A stretch of DNA of 20,000 nt from an uncultured virus (IMG/VR IMGVR_UViG_3300037067_024288). Taxonomy: Duplodnaviria > Heunggongvirae > Uroviricota > Caudoviricetes. This document shows positions 1 through 8,501 of this stretch, in pieces. Below the pieces are notes generated by a model. That model was not told where the DNA came from and ran no database searches. It worked only from the letters and a program-made list of their open reading frames with translations. The stretch is from the IMG/VR virus record IMGVR_UViG_3300037067_024288; one strand, 5' to 3'. Every line of letters begins with the position of its first letter. Position 1 is the stretch's first letter. The translations under genes and the position numbers were made by a program.

Positions 1-518
1 TAATTGATATTCCTTATCGTCCAAATATGGTACTTATAGGATGGTTTCAGCGGCATGAGAGATTTGATTTTATCCGGGAAAAGCTTATCAAAGATGTTTT
101 CAAAATACCGGATAAACCAATGCCTGAAACAATAGGCATTCAAGTTCGTAGGGGTGATTTTTTGCAGGATCCCGTAAACTTCCCGACACAACCCGACCAA
201 TACTACCTAAATGCCTTAAATGAAATAGGTTATAAAGGAAAAAGAATAGTATTTTGTTCTGATGATATACCTTACTGTCGGAAACATTTCGGACATTTAC
301 CTAATGTATCATTTAGAACCGGATTCACCCCAGTACAAGATATAGAGTTTATGGCTAATTGTGAATCGCTTATTATTTCTAATAGTACTATGGGATTCTG
401 GGGAGGATACCTATCACTCAGGGAACGCCTTATTATTTATCCGCATAATTGGTTTGCAAAAAACTCAGGGAGGTTCGGAAATGAGATCTGTATGATATTA
501 GAATGGAGGGAAAGATGA
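1..518 (+). CDS. GT11 alpha-1,2-fucosyltransferase-like glycosyltransferase, 5'-truncated by the window edge
   Basis: Frame is open from base 3 (IDIPYRPNMVLIGWFQ, parallel to EIPYSPNLCIKGFWQ in the 964 paralog). GT11 motifs IGIQVRRGDF, VFCSDD and CESLIISNSTMGFWGGYL. Confidence 0.85.
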   Translation, partial: IDIPYRPNMVLIGWFQRHERFDFIREKLIKDVFKIPDKPMPETIGIQVRRGDFLQDPVNFPTQPDQYYLNALNEIGYKGKRIVFCSDDIPYCRKHFGHLPNVSFRTGFTPVQDIEFMANCESLIISNSTMGFWGGYLSLRERLIIYPHNWFAKNSGRFGNEICMILEWRER

Positions 519-967
519 TGGATTTTCAAACACCAAAACAAGTTTGCAATTATATGGCTTTACTATTACCAGATAATGCAGGAGATATACTTGAACCGAC
601 AAAAGGTTCAGGTAATCTAGTAGAAGCCTTGAAAAATAAAGGCAATGTTATTGCCCCAGATGATTTTTTTACAATGTTTAAAAGACAATTTGATTGGATC
701 GTAATGAACCCTCCATTTAGTCCAATGGCGCAAGGATACAAAATTCTTTATGAATGTATGGAAATGAGTAATAATATCATTGCATTAATGCCTTGGTTAA
801 CATTAATTAATGGACAAAAAAGAACATCCGATATAATGAATTTCGGTTTAAAAAGCATAACTCATTTACCTCGAAGTATATTCAATGGGGCAAGAGTTCA
901 GACATGTATATTAGAGATGCATAAAGGTTATACTGGTGATACTCTTTTTCAAACTTATAATATATGA
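515..967 (+). CDS. Small amino (N6-adenine-type) DNA methyltransferase, orphan
   Basis: FQTP, SAM motif I ILEPTKGSGNL, catalytic motif IV VMNPPF. ATG at 515 overlaps the upstream stop (ATGA); the ORF track starts it at 503. Confidence 0.75.
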   Translation: MMDFQTPKQVCNYMALLLPDNAGDILEPTKGSGNLVEALKNKGNVIAPDDFFTMFKRQFDWIVMNPPFSPMAQGYKILYECMEMSNNIIALMPWLTLINGQKRTSDIMNFGLKSITHLPRSIFNGARVQTCILEMHKGYTGDTLFQTYNI

Positions 968-1716
968 TAACGTGTGAAGAAAAAGGTCGGTTCGGGAATT
1001 ATCTATTTCAGATTGCAGCTACAATGGGCTTGGCTGAAAAATATGGTGATACTGCCGAATTTGATGATTATGTAAATAGCCAAGAATTCAAAAATCATTA
1101 TACTGCCGGGGTTGATGTAAGTTGGTTTCCCGATTTTGAACTTCCAAAAAGATCACACGAAATTGAGAATGTTTACGAAGAAATCGGGCATGGATACCAA
1201 GAAATACCGTATTCACCTAACCTTTGTATTAAAGGATTTTGGCAGTCAGAAAAGTACTTTTCCCATATTCGGGAAAAACTACAAACTACATTTCGGATCC
1301 CAAACGAGACTATTTCCGGCACCATCGCGATTCATTATCGCAGAGGAGACTTTTATCTTTACCCAGACTTATTTCCTATATTACCTTCAAGTTATTTTAT
1401 TCAAGCTTTAGGAATGCATTATGATTTTAATGAACATCAAAGAGTTATTGTGTTTTCAGATGAGATAGAAAGTTGCAAAAAAATATTTTCGAAGTATAAC
1501 TTTGAATATTCTGAAAATAAGAATCCCATTCAAGATTTTTACGCTATGTGCCGATGTGAGAACTTCATAATAAGTAATTCGGCCTTTTCTTGGATGGCTG
1601 CCTGGTTATCTCGATCTCAGAAAAAAATTGTAATTTGCCCAGAAGAAAGTAAATGGTATGGTAAAAGCGGGATGGACACAAAAGATTTATTGCCTGATGA
1701 ATGGATAAAAATTTAA
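964..1716 (+). CDS. GT11 alpha-1,2-fucosyltransferase-like glycosyltransferase
   Basis: GRFGNYLFQIA, GFWQSEKYF, IAIHYRRGDF, VFSDE and CENFIISNSAFSWMAAWL, the classic GT11 motif series. Confidence 0.9.
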   Translation: MITCEEKGRFGNYLFQIAATMGLAEKYGDTAEFDDYVNSQEFKNHYTAGVDVSWFPDFELPKRSHEIENVYEEIGHGYQEIPYSPNLCIKGFWQSEKYFSHIREKLQTTFRIPNETISGTIAIHYRRGDFYLYPDLFPILPSSYFIQALGMHYDFNEHQRVIVFSDEIESCKKIFSKYNFEYSENKNPIQDFYAMCRCENFIISNSAFSWMAAWLSRSQKKIVICPEESKWYGKSGMDTKDLLPDEWIKI

Positions 1717-1718
1717 AA

Positions 1719-1931
1719 ATGAGAGATTTATCGCAAATTTTAATTGACTGTAAAGTAGGATTATTAAAAATTGAAGATGCAAAACAGGAAATACACAAAT
1801 TGTTTAAAAATCTCTTTGTTTTTAAATCGGGATACGAAATAGGTCATAGAAAAGGAGAAGCGGGAAGACTATTTAACGAAAAAACTATAAAAATTGATTT
1901 TGATAACTGGATTAACACCTTAGAAAAATGA
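1719..1931 (+). CDS. Small hypothetical phage protein
   Basis: ORF fills the gap between GT11 and the methyltransferase. Its stop overlaps the next ATG (ATGA). Start could be 1701 or 1719. Confidence 0.6.
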   Translation: MRDLSQILIDCKVGLLKIEDAKQEIHKLFKNLFVFKSGYEIGHRKGEAGRLFNEKTIKIDFDNWINTLEK

Positions 1932-2611
1932 CTGAAGAACAAATTCACCAAAACGAATATCGTAAAGTTGAAGACCACGTAAAAGAGGTCATTCGCAGTA
2001 CAAACATTAATTACAGCCCTTACTACCATGTATTGCCTGAATTAATTAATCAACGAGGATATGAATATGGTATCGAATTGGGCGTGTTTACGTTTGGGCA
2101 TAGTCAGTCTATTCTTGATAAAACTAATATTAAATTAGTGATCGGAATTGATCCATATAAAGAATATCCATCAGATGCTATAAATATGGGTACAATCGTC
2201 AGCCAAACTGAATTTGACATACTTTATAGGTTGGTTAAAGAAGAATCGGCAAAATATAGCAATAGGTTTGAATTGTTTCGCATGTCAAGTGATGAAGGAT
2301 TTAAATATATTACTGAAACCGATAAATACATTGATGAATTGTATTTTACATTGATGAACAAAACTCTTGAATCAAAAGATAAATTTGATTTTTTTTTCGC
2401 GGATGGGTTACATACTGCCGATCAATTACAAAGAGATTTATATAATTATAGTCAATTAATCAACAAAGGCGGTATATGCGCTGGCCATGATATTGATCAC
2501 GGAACATTTCCGTTTTTAACTCCAGTAATTGAAAATTTCGCAAAAGTACATTCTCAAAATGTTATAAGAGGACCCTTCCATTCATGGTATATTGAAAAAA
2601 ATTGGGACTAA
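1928..2611 (+). CDS. Class I SAM-dependent methyltransferase (Methyltransf_24-like, probably glycan O-methylation)
   Basis: GIELGVFTFGHS, IGIDPY, FDFFFADGLH, LINKGGICAGHD motifs. Confidence 0.85.
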   Translation: MTEEQIHQNEYRKVEDHVKEVIRSTNINYSPYYHVLPELINQRGYEYGIELGVFTFGHSQSILDKTNIKLVIGIDPYKEYPSDAINMGTIVSQTEFDILYRLVKEESAKYSNRFELFRMSSDEGFKYITETDKYIDELYFTLMNKTLESKDKFDFFFADGLHTADQLQRDLYNYSQLINKGGICAGHDIDHGTFPFLTPVIENFAKVHSQNVIRGPFHSWYIEKNWD

Positions 2612-2769
2612 TGGTAGAGCAAAAATTCCACTTCGTAAAAGGTTATTTTAATTACCGAATAGTCAGAAAATGCCCGAATAACCATTTTGAATTAGTATGC
2701 AAGATTCCTGTATTTTGTAGTGATGCAAAGGAATTTACTGAGAAAATAACTAACTTTTTAAATAATTAA
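2611..2769 (+). CDS. 52-aa hypothetical protein (not in ORF track)
   Basis: ATG overlaps the upstream stop (TAATG). Translates as MVEQKFHFVKGYFNYRIVRKCPNNHFELVCKIPVFCSDAKEFTEKITNFLNN and ends 5 nt before the next ATG. Confidence 0.55.
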   Translation: MVEQKFHFVKGYFNYRIVRKCPNNHFELVCKIPVFCSDAKEFTEKITNFLNN

Positions 2770-2774
2770 AAGCT

Positions 2775-2984
2775 ATGTGGCCATTCACAAAAAATGTAAA
2801 GATGGGTTTTAAAATAGAGAATCACCCGCAAGACAGAAAATGTATATTAATTTCAATAAAAGGAACCGGGTTGAATATGAATAATCCTGTACATTTGGAA
2901 TGTGTAGAGGTCATAATTAAGGATAATATTCAGGAAATGTTTTGTGTCGGACATAACTTGCCTTCTCCACAGAAAAATATTTAA
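2775..2984 (+). CDS. Hypothetical protein (MWPF N-terminus)
   Basis: 69-aa ORF packed in the operon. Confidence 0.55.
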   Translation: MWPFTKNVKMGFKIENHPQDRKCILISIKGTGLNMNNPVHLECVEVIIKDNIQEMFCVGHNLPSPQKNI

Positions 2985-3000
2985 TTAAAACTATAAAGCC

Positions 3001-4665
3001 ATGATGTTAGATTTTAAAGTATTAGTAAAAAAATACGACCTGAAAATTTCGGGTATTTTACAAATCGGTAGCCATTTTTGGCAAGAACGCGATGTATTAT
3101 TGGATTTAGGAGTAAAGAAATTTGTACTTGTAGAGCCACAGAAACACGCTTTTAAGATTACTGAAGAAAGAAGTAAGGGTTTGGATGTCCAATTATTTAA
3201 TTGCGCCCTGTCTGATAAAAAAGGTACTGCAAAGCTATTTACAAATACAAACAATGAAGGCCAAAGTTCTTCATTATTAAAACCGGCACTTCATTTACAA
3301 AAATATCCCGATGTTACTTTTGAAGGGGAAGAAACTGTTGAAGTAAAACTTTTAGATTTTCTGAAATTTGACAGATCAGCTATAAATACTATTTTGGTTG
3401 ATGTGCAGGGTGCTGAAGGAAAAGTTTTTGCCGGTGGTGAAAATACTTTGGATGATATTGATATAATATATTCAGAAATCAACTTTGTTGAAATGTATGA
3501 AGGATGTATTCTAGTAACTGAACTTGATAAATTACTTGGAAAATCTGGATTTGTAAGAGTAGAAACAGGACCAGAGAATGCAGGATGGTCCGATGCTTTA
3601 TATCTCAAAAAATCGATTCTCGAAAAACCAAAATCTATACCTATGAAAGCTCAAATACCTGAAACTATTTCTGCGGATTCGGAAGGAGAATATCTGAAAA
3701 AATATCCCGATGTTGCAATGGCTATAATGAGAGGCTCTTTTAAATCTGGCCGGGAACATTATGATCGTTATGGTCGTAGCGAAGGCCGGGAATGGGGTGG
3801 TGGAAAAATTATTTCGGTAAATCCCTCAAATACCATAGTTAAAGTTAATAAAATTGATGTGCCACTTAAATATCGTCCAAATCAGTCGATTGTATATCCG
3901 AATGGAAATAATACGCCCTTTGAAAAATGGTTTTATCAATGGCATTTGGAACACAATCCTAAAACTATCAGGACTTATTTACCTATCTACTGGACAGCCT
4001 TTTACGTGAATCACCAATATGGCCAGGATAAAAAAGCAATTGCTGAACTTCAGAAATATATTGATAAGCTCGATAAGTCAAAAAAATACTTTACCATAGT
4101 CCAATATGACGACAATATCCTAAACTCATTGGATGGACTTGATATAATTGTTTACGCTTCCGGCAATAATAAACCCGGATGTTATCCTATTCCCCTTCTC
4201 TCCGAAACCATGAAAGTAGAACCTATTGACTATTCTATTAAAGATATTTTTATGAGTTTTCGGGGTGTAAATACTCACCCGATACGTAAAAAAATGGTTG
4301 ATGAACTGAGTAAACATGCACCTATTTCATTTGATGTCGTTCCCTGGGATGAATATATTGACGAGCTTAAACACTCGATTTTTGCATTGTGTCCTCGCGG
4401 GTACGGGGTGACTTCCTTCCGGCTTTATGAAGCTATGCAATACGGGGCTATTCCCGTGTATATCTCTACAGGTGCAGACTTCTGGGACCCATTTAATTTA
4501 CCTCCTGAATTTTATGTGAAAATTCGCGAAGATGAAATTAATCTCATCCCTGATATACTTGGAAAAGTTAATCCTATTGATATGCGTAAAAAAGTAGAAG
4601 ATTACTTCGGAAAGTATTTTACTTTTGAAAAGTGTGCTGAGAATATAATTTTTACATTGTCTTAA
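3001..4665 (+). CDS. FkbM-family methyltransferase fused to an exostosin (GT47)-like glycosyltransferase
   Basis: N-terminal ILQIGSH, VEP, NCALSD, VDVQGAEGKV, IIYSEI, WSDALY (FkbM). Central YLKKYPDVA...HYDRYGRSEGR module. C-terminal FALCPRGYGVTSFRLYEAMQYGAIPVYIS (exostosin/GT47). Confidence 0.85.
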   Translation: MMLDFKVLVKKYDLKISGILQIGSHFWQERDVLLDLGVKKFVLVEPQKHAFKITEERSKGLDVQLFNCALSDKKGTAKLFTNTNNEGQSSSLLKPALHLQKYPDVTFEGEETVEVKLLDFLKFDRSAINTILVDVQGAEGKVFAGGENTLDDIDIIYSEINFVEMYEGCILVTELDKLLGKSGFVRVETGPENAGWSDALYLKKSILEKPKSIPMKAQIPETISADSEGEYLKKYPDVAMAIMRGSFKSGREHYDRYGRSEGREWGGGKIISVNPSNTIVKVNKIDVPLKYRPNQSIVYPNGNNTPFEKWFYQWHLEHNPKTIRTYLPIYWTAFYVNHQYGQDKKAIAELQKYIDKLDKSKKYFTIVQYDDNILNSLDGLDIIVYASGNNKPGCYPIPLLSETMKVEPIDYSIKDIFMSFRGVNTHPIRKKMVDELSKHAPISFDVVPWDEYIDELKHSIFALCPRGYGVTSFRLYEAMQYGAIPVYISTGADFWDPFNLPPEFYVKIREDEINLIPDILGKVNPIDMRKKVEDYFGKYFTFEKCAENIIFTLS

Positions 4666-4702
4666 TGTCTGAATCATATCATTATTAATTAAATAGTCTA
4701 AA

Positions 4703-5446
4703 ATGATTGAACACTGGAATATACCCGAAATATTAAGAGAACAATATTTGGGTTTCATTAGATTATGTTTAGTGGATGAAAATGAATTTGCATATTTCAA
4801 AAGGCATCCTGCTATTAAGGTTATTATTGAGAATACAGATGTTGAAAGCGGATATGAGTGTTTAGAAAAGGCAAACGCAATAATTATGCGTATTGACTAT
4901 CCTCGCCATTTCAATGAAATTGAATCTATTTCTGACCATGAGAAAATAGGAAATCCTGATATTTTTAATAATATTTTCGGCGTAACTATTAGCCCGACAA
5001 CCTCACGTTATTTAATGCATTTAAGTCAAATATACGAATGGTTTGATGATTTGAACGAGTTAGTTATTGGAGAAATTGGAGCTGGGTATGGTGGACTTTG
5101 TACAATCATTCATGAATATTTTGATCCAAAAGAGTATATTCTCTTTGACCTTCCTGAAGTAATGGATTTTCAGGTCAAATACATCAAAAAATTCAATCCT
5201 GACATTAATGTAAGTAGAAATGTTAAAAAAGACACTAAACTTGACTTGATATTAGCATTTTGTTCATGGTCCGAACTTGACTACGACTTAAAAATGGATT
5301 ATTTAGTAAATGTTATCAGTAAAGCCAAGAAAGGTGTATTAGCAATTAACTATGACTATGAATTGAATGTTGAACTCGTCAGAAATGTTTTACTTGACAA
5401 GAAAATTACTGAGCGTATTCCGGGATTTATAATAACATTTGAATAA
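4703..5446 (+). CDS. Putative sugar O-methyltransferase
   Basis: IGNP, SPTTSRY, EIGAGYGGLC, YILFDLPEV and DLILAFCSWSEL resemble the putative sugar O-methyltransferase family. Confidence 0.75.
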   Translation: MIEHWNIPEILREQYLGFIRLCLVDENEFAYFKRHPAIKVIIENTDVESGYECLEKANAIIMRIDYPRHFNEIESISDHEKIGNPDIFNNIFGVTISPTTSRYLMHLSQIYEWFDDLNELVIGEIGAGYGGLCTIIHEYFDPKEYILFDLPEVMDFQVKYIKKFNPDINVSRNVKKDTKLDLILAFCSWSELDYDLKMDYLVNVISKAKKGVLAINYDYELNVELVRNVLLDKKITERIPGFIITFE

Positions 5447-6198
5447 TGCGAAAAATATTTATTACATATTGCGATTACCCTTTGGGACATTTGCGAAGGG
5501 AAATCTATGAGAAATACACAAAGCCAAGATTTATAGCTTATTGTGATAAGCATGGTTTTGAATTTATTCCTATTATGGAAAATATCGCTACTCCGCGAAA
5601 TTTAGGCTTTGCAAAAGTATTTTGGATAAAACAGAATATGGCAAACTTGGCCGATGGTGATGTAATTACCTACATGGATATTGATTGTTGCATTATGGAT
5701 GGTAGGGTTTCGGCAATATTTGATGCAGATTTTTCTATTGTCAGGGAATCTACCGGATGTCTTTGCATGGGTGGTACATGGAGTGTAAAAATTTCAGATT
5801 GGAGTCGTAAGTTTATCGAAGAAATGTGTTCTGAAGAAAGACATCAAAAAAGTTGTCATTTAGGATCATGGAACGTCTGGCATGAAAATGATGCTGTTTA
5901 TCACGTTCTTGGCCTTAATTGGGGACAGGAAATGACTGAAATGGGAACCAGAGATACGACTCCTTTTACCAAAGAAGAAATATTTAAGCATGTTAAAATA
6001 TTGCCGGTAGAATGGGGAGTTACCTATAATCCAAATGATACAAATAACCCACCCAATTATTATAAAACAATCGCTCAATATTTTAGACCTGAAAATTATC
6101 GATCTATTGATGATACTATTGTACGGCATTTATCTGCCAGTTCTATGTTGGAAGATTGGGCAGAAGAAAAATATTTTAAAATACCTATGAAAATATGA
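5446..6198 (+). CDS. GT-A fold glycosyltransferase, GT34 (GMA12/MNN10)-like
   Basis: AYCDKHGFEF, FAKVFWI, DxD motif YMDIDCCI, WHENDA, late VRHL. Confidence 0.65.
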   Translation: MRKIFITYCDYPLGHLRREIYEKYTKPRFIAYCDKHGFEFIPIMENIATPRNLGFAKVFWIKQNMANLADGDVITYMDIDCCIMDGRVSAIFDADFSIVRESTGCLCMGGTWSVKISDWSRKFIEEMCSEERHQKSCHLGSWNVWHENDAVYHVLGLNWGQEMTEMGTRDTTPFTKEEIFKHVKILPVEWGVTYNPNDTNNPPNYYKTIAQYFRPENYRSIDDTIVRHLSASSMLEDWAEEKYFKIPMKI

Positions 6199-6905
6199 TG
6201 AATGATCCCCGTAGAATAAGTGTTGTTTGCCCTTATTTTAATAGGAGTGATAAGATTATGGATATGCTTGAGCCATTACTTCCAGATAACCGTATTGATC
6301 AGATCGTTCTTTGTGATGATAGAAGCCCAGACGATGATTTCTATAAATTAATTGACATCGTAAAAGACTTCAAAAAAGTAGTTGTTTACCGGAATGTTAT
6401 CAATTTATATATTCAACAAAACAAAAGAACGGCCATATCTTTTTCTAAAAATGATTTTTTGGCTGTTGTAGATAATGATAACCGCATGGATAAGGATTTC
6501 TTTGATAAGATTTTTGCTATTCCAGATTGGCAACCTAATATCCTTTATTCACCGGCCTTTGGGTTTCCAAATTTCAATTATTGTCATTTAAACGGACAAA
6601 CCATTACAAAACAAAATATCTCATCATATACAGGAGATAAATCAATAATAACATTTTGCAATTTAAATAATTATTTTGTCAATCGAAACCAATTCCTGAA
6701 CACTTATATTCATGATGATAATGTAAGGGGTGCGGATGGTCTCGCAACATATTTTAATTGGCTAAAAGCAGGTAATTCAATATATGTAGTCCCGGACCTT
6801 ACTTATCAGCATAGAATAAGTCCTGATTCAGTATTTCTTTCTGAGACTGATTCAAATATGCAGAAAGTTTATTTGTGGTTTGAGAAATTGAAAGAACTGA
6901 AATAG
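6195..6905 (+). CDS. GT2 family glycosyltransferase
   Basis: ISVVCPYFNR, IVLCDDRSPD, FLAVVDNDN, YQHR. Confidence 0.85.
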   Translation: MMNDPRRISVVCPYFNRSDKIMDMLEPLLPDNRIDQIVLCDDRSPDDDFYKLIDIVKDFKKVVVYRNVINLYIQQNKRTAISFSKNDFLAVVDNDNRMDKDFFDKIFAIPDWQPNILYSPAFGFPNFNYCHLNGQTITKQNISSYTGDKSIITFCNLNNYFVNRNQFLNTYIHDDNVRGADGLATYFNWLKAGNSIYVVPDLTYQHRISPDSVFLSETDSNMQKVYLWFEKLKELK

Positions 6906-6937
6906 TTACGAAATAGCTAATATTTTTGACTAAAAGT

Positions 6938-6968
6938 TTTGCATATATCTCATAAATTACTAATATTG
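6938..6968 (+). promoter_or_regulatory. Bacteroidota-type housekeeping promoter (-33 TTTG / -7 TAnnTTTG variant)
   Basis: TTTG (6938-6941), 19-nt spacer, TAATATTG (6961-6968, one mismatch to TAnnTTTG), in an intergenic gap ahead of the next ORF. Confidence 0.55.
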
Positions 6969-6989
6969 AGTATCTAAAATAATTAAGCC

Positions 6990-7166
6990 GTGAGAATCAA
7001 ACCTTTAAATAATAAATTAGCATTTTGGCTATTTGTAATACTTACTATCATTGATATTGGCATAGTAATTTTTCATCCATTGATGTTTATAGGAAAAATT
7101 TTTATTGGGGCAAGCTTAGCTCTCTCAGTTGTCAATATCCCTTTGTTGTGGAAATATAAATTCTAA
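6990..7166 (+). CDS. 58-aa two-transmembrane-helix protein (not in ORF track)
   Basis: GTG start. MRIKPLNNKLAFWLFVILTIIDIGIVIFHPLMFIGKIFIGASLALSVVNIPLLWKYKF has two hydrophobic stretches and ends 5 nt before the next ATG. Confidence 0.6.
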   Translation: MRIKPLNNKLAFWLFVILTIIDIGIVIFHPLMFIGKIFIGASLALSVVNIPLLWKYKF

Positions 7167-7171
7167 AAAAA

Positions 7172-7621
7172 ATGAAAACTTTATTAATTTCAATCCTGAT
7201 TTTTATTTCATTTGAAATATTCTCTCAAAGTTCATCATCTATAATAATTAGCCCTGAAGATGTCGGTATTGGTCCATTGGGTTCTTATAAATTTGGTAAA
7301 TCAATTGTGTCAGCCGGGGTATCCTACGGAAATTATTATAATACTTCATTCTTACGCGATCATTGGAAAACATATACTTCCTATGGTTATTTTTTTGGGG
7401 ATCATTCATACCTTTTAGTTGATATTCATTATAACCAGTTTAACATTATTAGGGAAGTTCCATCTTGGTTTAATGAAAAAGCACTAACCAAATGGACTTA
7501 TTCAATAGGAGGGGGGATCATTCTTGATCAATTTCATTCTACACTTCAAGTTGATCTTATACAGCATATTGGAACGGTCAGTTTTGGCTATTATTTTGGC
7601 AGGGATTTAATTTATAAATAA
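7172..7621 (+). CDS. Secreted outer-membrane beta-barrel-like protein
   Basis: Signal peptide MKTLLISILIFISFEIFS followed by Q. Gly/aromatic alternating strands (AGVSYG, SYGYFF, YSIGGGI) and a C-terminal VSFGYYF strand. Confidence 0.65.
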   Translation: MKTLLISILIFISFEIFSQSSSSIIISPEDVGIGPLGSYKFGKSIVSAGVSYGNYYNTSFLRDHWKTYTSYGYFFGDHSYLLVDIHYNQFNIIREVPSWFNEKALTKWTYSIGGGIILDQFHSTLQVDLIQHIGTVSFGYYFGRDLIYK

Positions 7622-7710
7622 CCGTGCATAAAACAGTTGTAGATTATGATTAAGAATGTATGTAAAAACGGGAAAAGCGAGTTGCATTTGTTAATTAATA
7701 TTAATGAAAA

Positions 7711-7842
7711 ATGAGTCTGCAACATCCATTAGTAGGAATAGCATTAACCTTACTTGTATTAGTAATTATAGGCTTTACAGAGCATAGAAAGGCTAAGAAA
7801 CAAGCAAAAAAAATGAATGATGGTAAATCAAAGAATAACTGA
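7711..7842 (+). CDS. 43-aa single-pass membrane protein (not in ORF track)
   Basis: MSLQHPLVGIALTLLVLVIIGFTEHRKAKKQAKKMNDGKSKNN: one hydrophobic helix plus a basic tail. Confidence 0.5.
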   Translation: MSLQHPLVGIALTLLVLVIIGFTEHRKAKKQAKKMNDGKSKNN

Positions 7843-8191
7843 TCTCAGGAAAGTTATTAATATCCCAAATCATTTTAATCCAGGCATATTAGGGATACTT
7901 ATTTATGAACCATATATGCGAAAACAATATTATATGGATTCATTGAAATACTTTACCAATATTGAGATTAAGCAAGCAATTGTTTTTACCGATAATCCTA
8001 CAATAGCTAAAAAATATCTGTGTTACTCAATAATTGAATCTAATAATACAATTGATGAGTTTTTAAAGATTTGCATGTGTGAACATCTGATTATTGATAA
8101 GTCTCAATATGCTTATTTAGCAGCTATTCTCAATCCAAATAAAGATAAAATTATTGTCCATCCGGGCGATATTGATTTAATAATCACTTAA
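7817..8191 (+). CDS. Degenerate/truncated GT11-like protein (C-terminal half only)
   Basis: IVFTDNP, DEFLKICMCEHLIIDKSQYAYLAAILN and KDKIIVHP align by eye with the C-halves of the two GT11 genes. The HxRRGD motif is absent. Confidence 0.6.
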   Translation: MMVNQRITDLRKVINIPNHFNPGILGILIYEPYMRKQYYMDSLKYFTNIEIKQAIVFTDNPTIAKKYLCYSIIESNNTIDEFLKICMCEHLIIDKSQYAYLAAILNPNKDKIIVHPGDIDLIIT

Positions 8192-8201
8192 ATTTTTAAT
8201 T

Positions 8202-8468
8202 ATGACAAAAGCAGAATTAGTAGCTAGTATAGCTGCAAAAACAGGAAAAACAAAGATTGAAGCAGAACAATTTATTGAAGCATTTCAATCTGTAGTAAAA
8301 GAAAACATCAGTGCCGGGATTACCATTCGTGGTTTTGGTACATTTTTACTTAAAGATCGTGCCGCTAAACCTGCGAGAAATATCAAGACAGGAGAAACTA
8401 TTCAAATTCCAGCTCATAAGGCTCCTCTGTTAAAATTCGCAAAGGAATTCAAAGAAGAAGTTCGATAA
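8202..8468 (+). CDS. hup: HU family DNA-binding protein
   Basis: MTKAELVASIA, IRGFGTF, RAAKPARNIKTGETIQIPA: canonical HU/IHF signature, 88 aa. Confidence 0.95.
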   Translation: MTKAELVASIAAKTGKTKIEAEQFIEAFQSVVKENISAGITIRGFGTFLLKDRAAKPARNIKTGETIQIPAHKAPLLKFAKEFKEEVR

Positions 8469-8501
8469 GTCGCGCCCTGTATTGGGTGTGTGGATTGAAA
8501 C
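8469..8501 (+). CRISPR. Solitary type I-C-like CRISPR repeat (SRU), not an array
   Basis: GTCGCGCCCTGTATTGGGTGTGTGGATTGAAAC (33 nt). GTCGC start, stem CGCGCCC/GGGTGTG with two G:U pairs, TGGATTGAAAC end as in I-C repeats. Only one copy found; no cas genes in the window. Confidence 0.8.

Noticed and set aside
515..967. Restriction-modification system
   Set aside because: No adjacent endonuclease; the PD-(D/E)XK gene is about 16 kb away in another operon.
1564..1576. TTC followed by ATAATAAGTA as a self-target of the pseudo-spacer
   Set aside because: A 10-nt AT-rich match that omits spacer position 1 and does not extend; expected by chance.
550..6129. Shadow ORFs 550-741, 1136-1411, 1239-1424, 1565-1798, 1844-2029, 2991-3254, 3291-3608, 4126-4317, 4498-4800, 5356-5553, 5866-6129
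   Set aside because: They overlap well-supported genes in another frame or strand and show no motifs.
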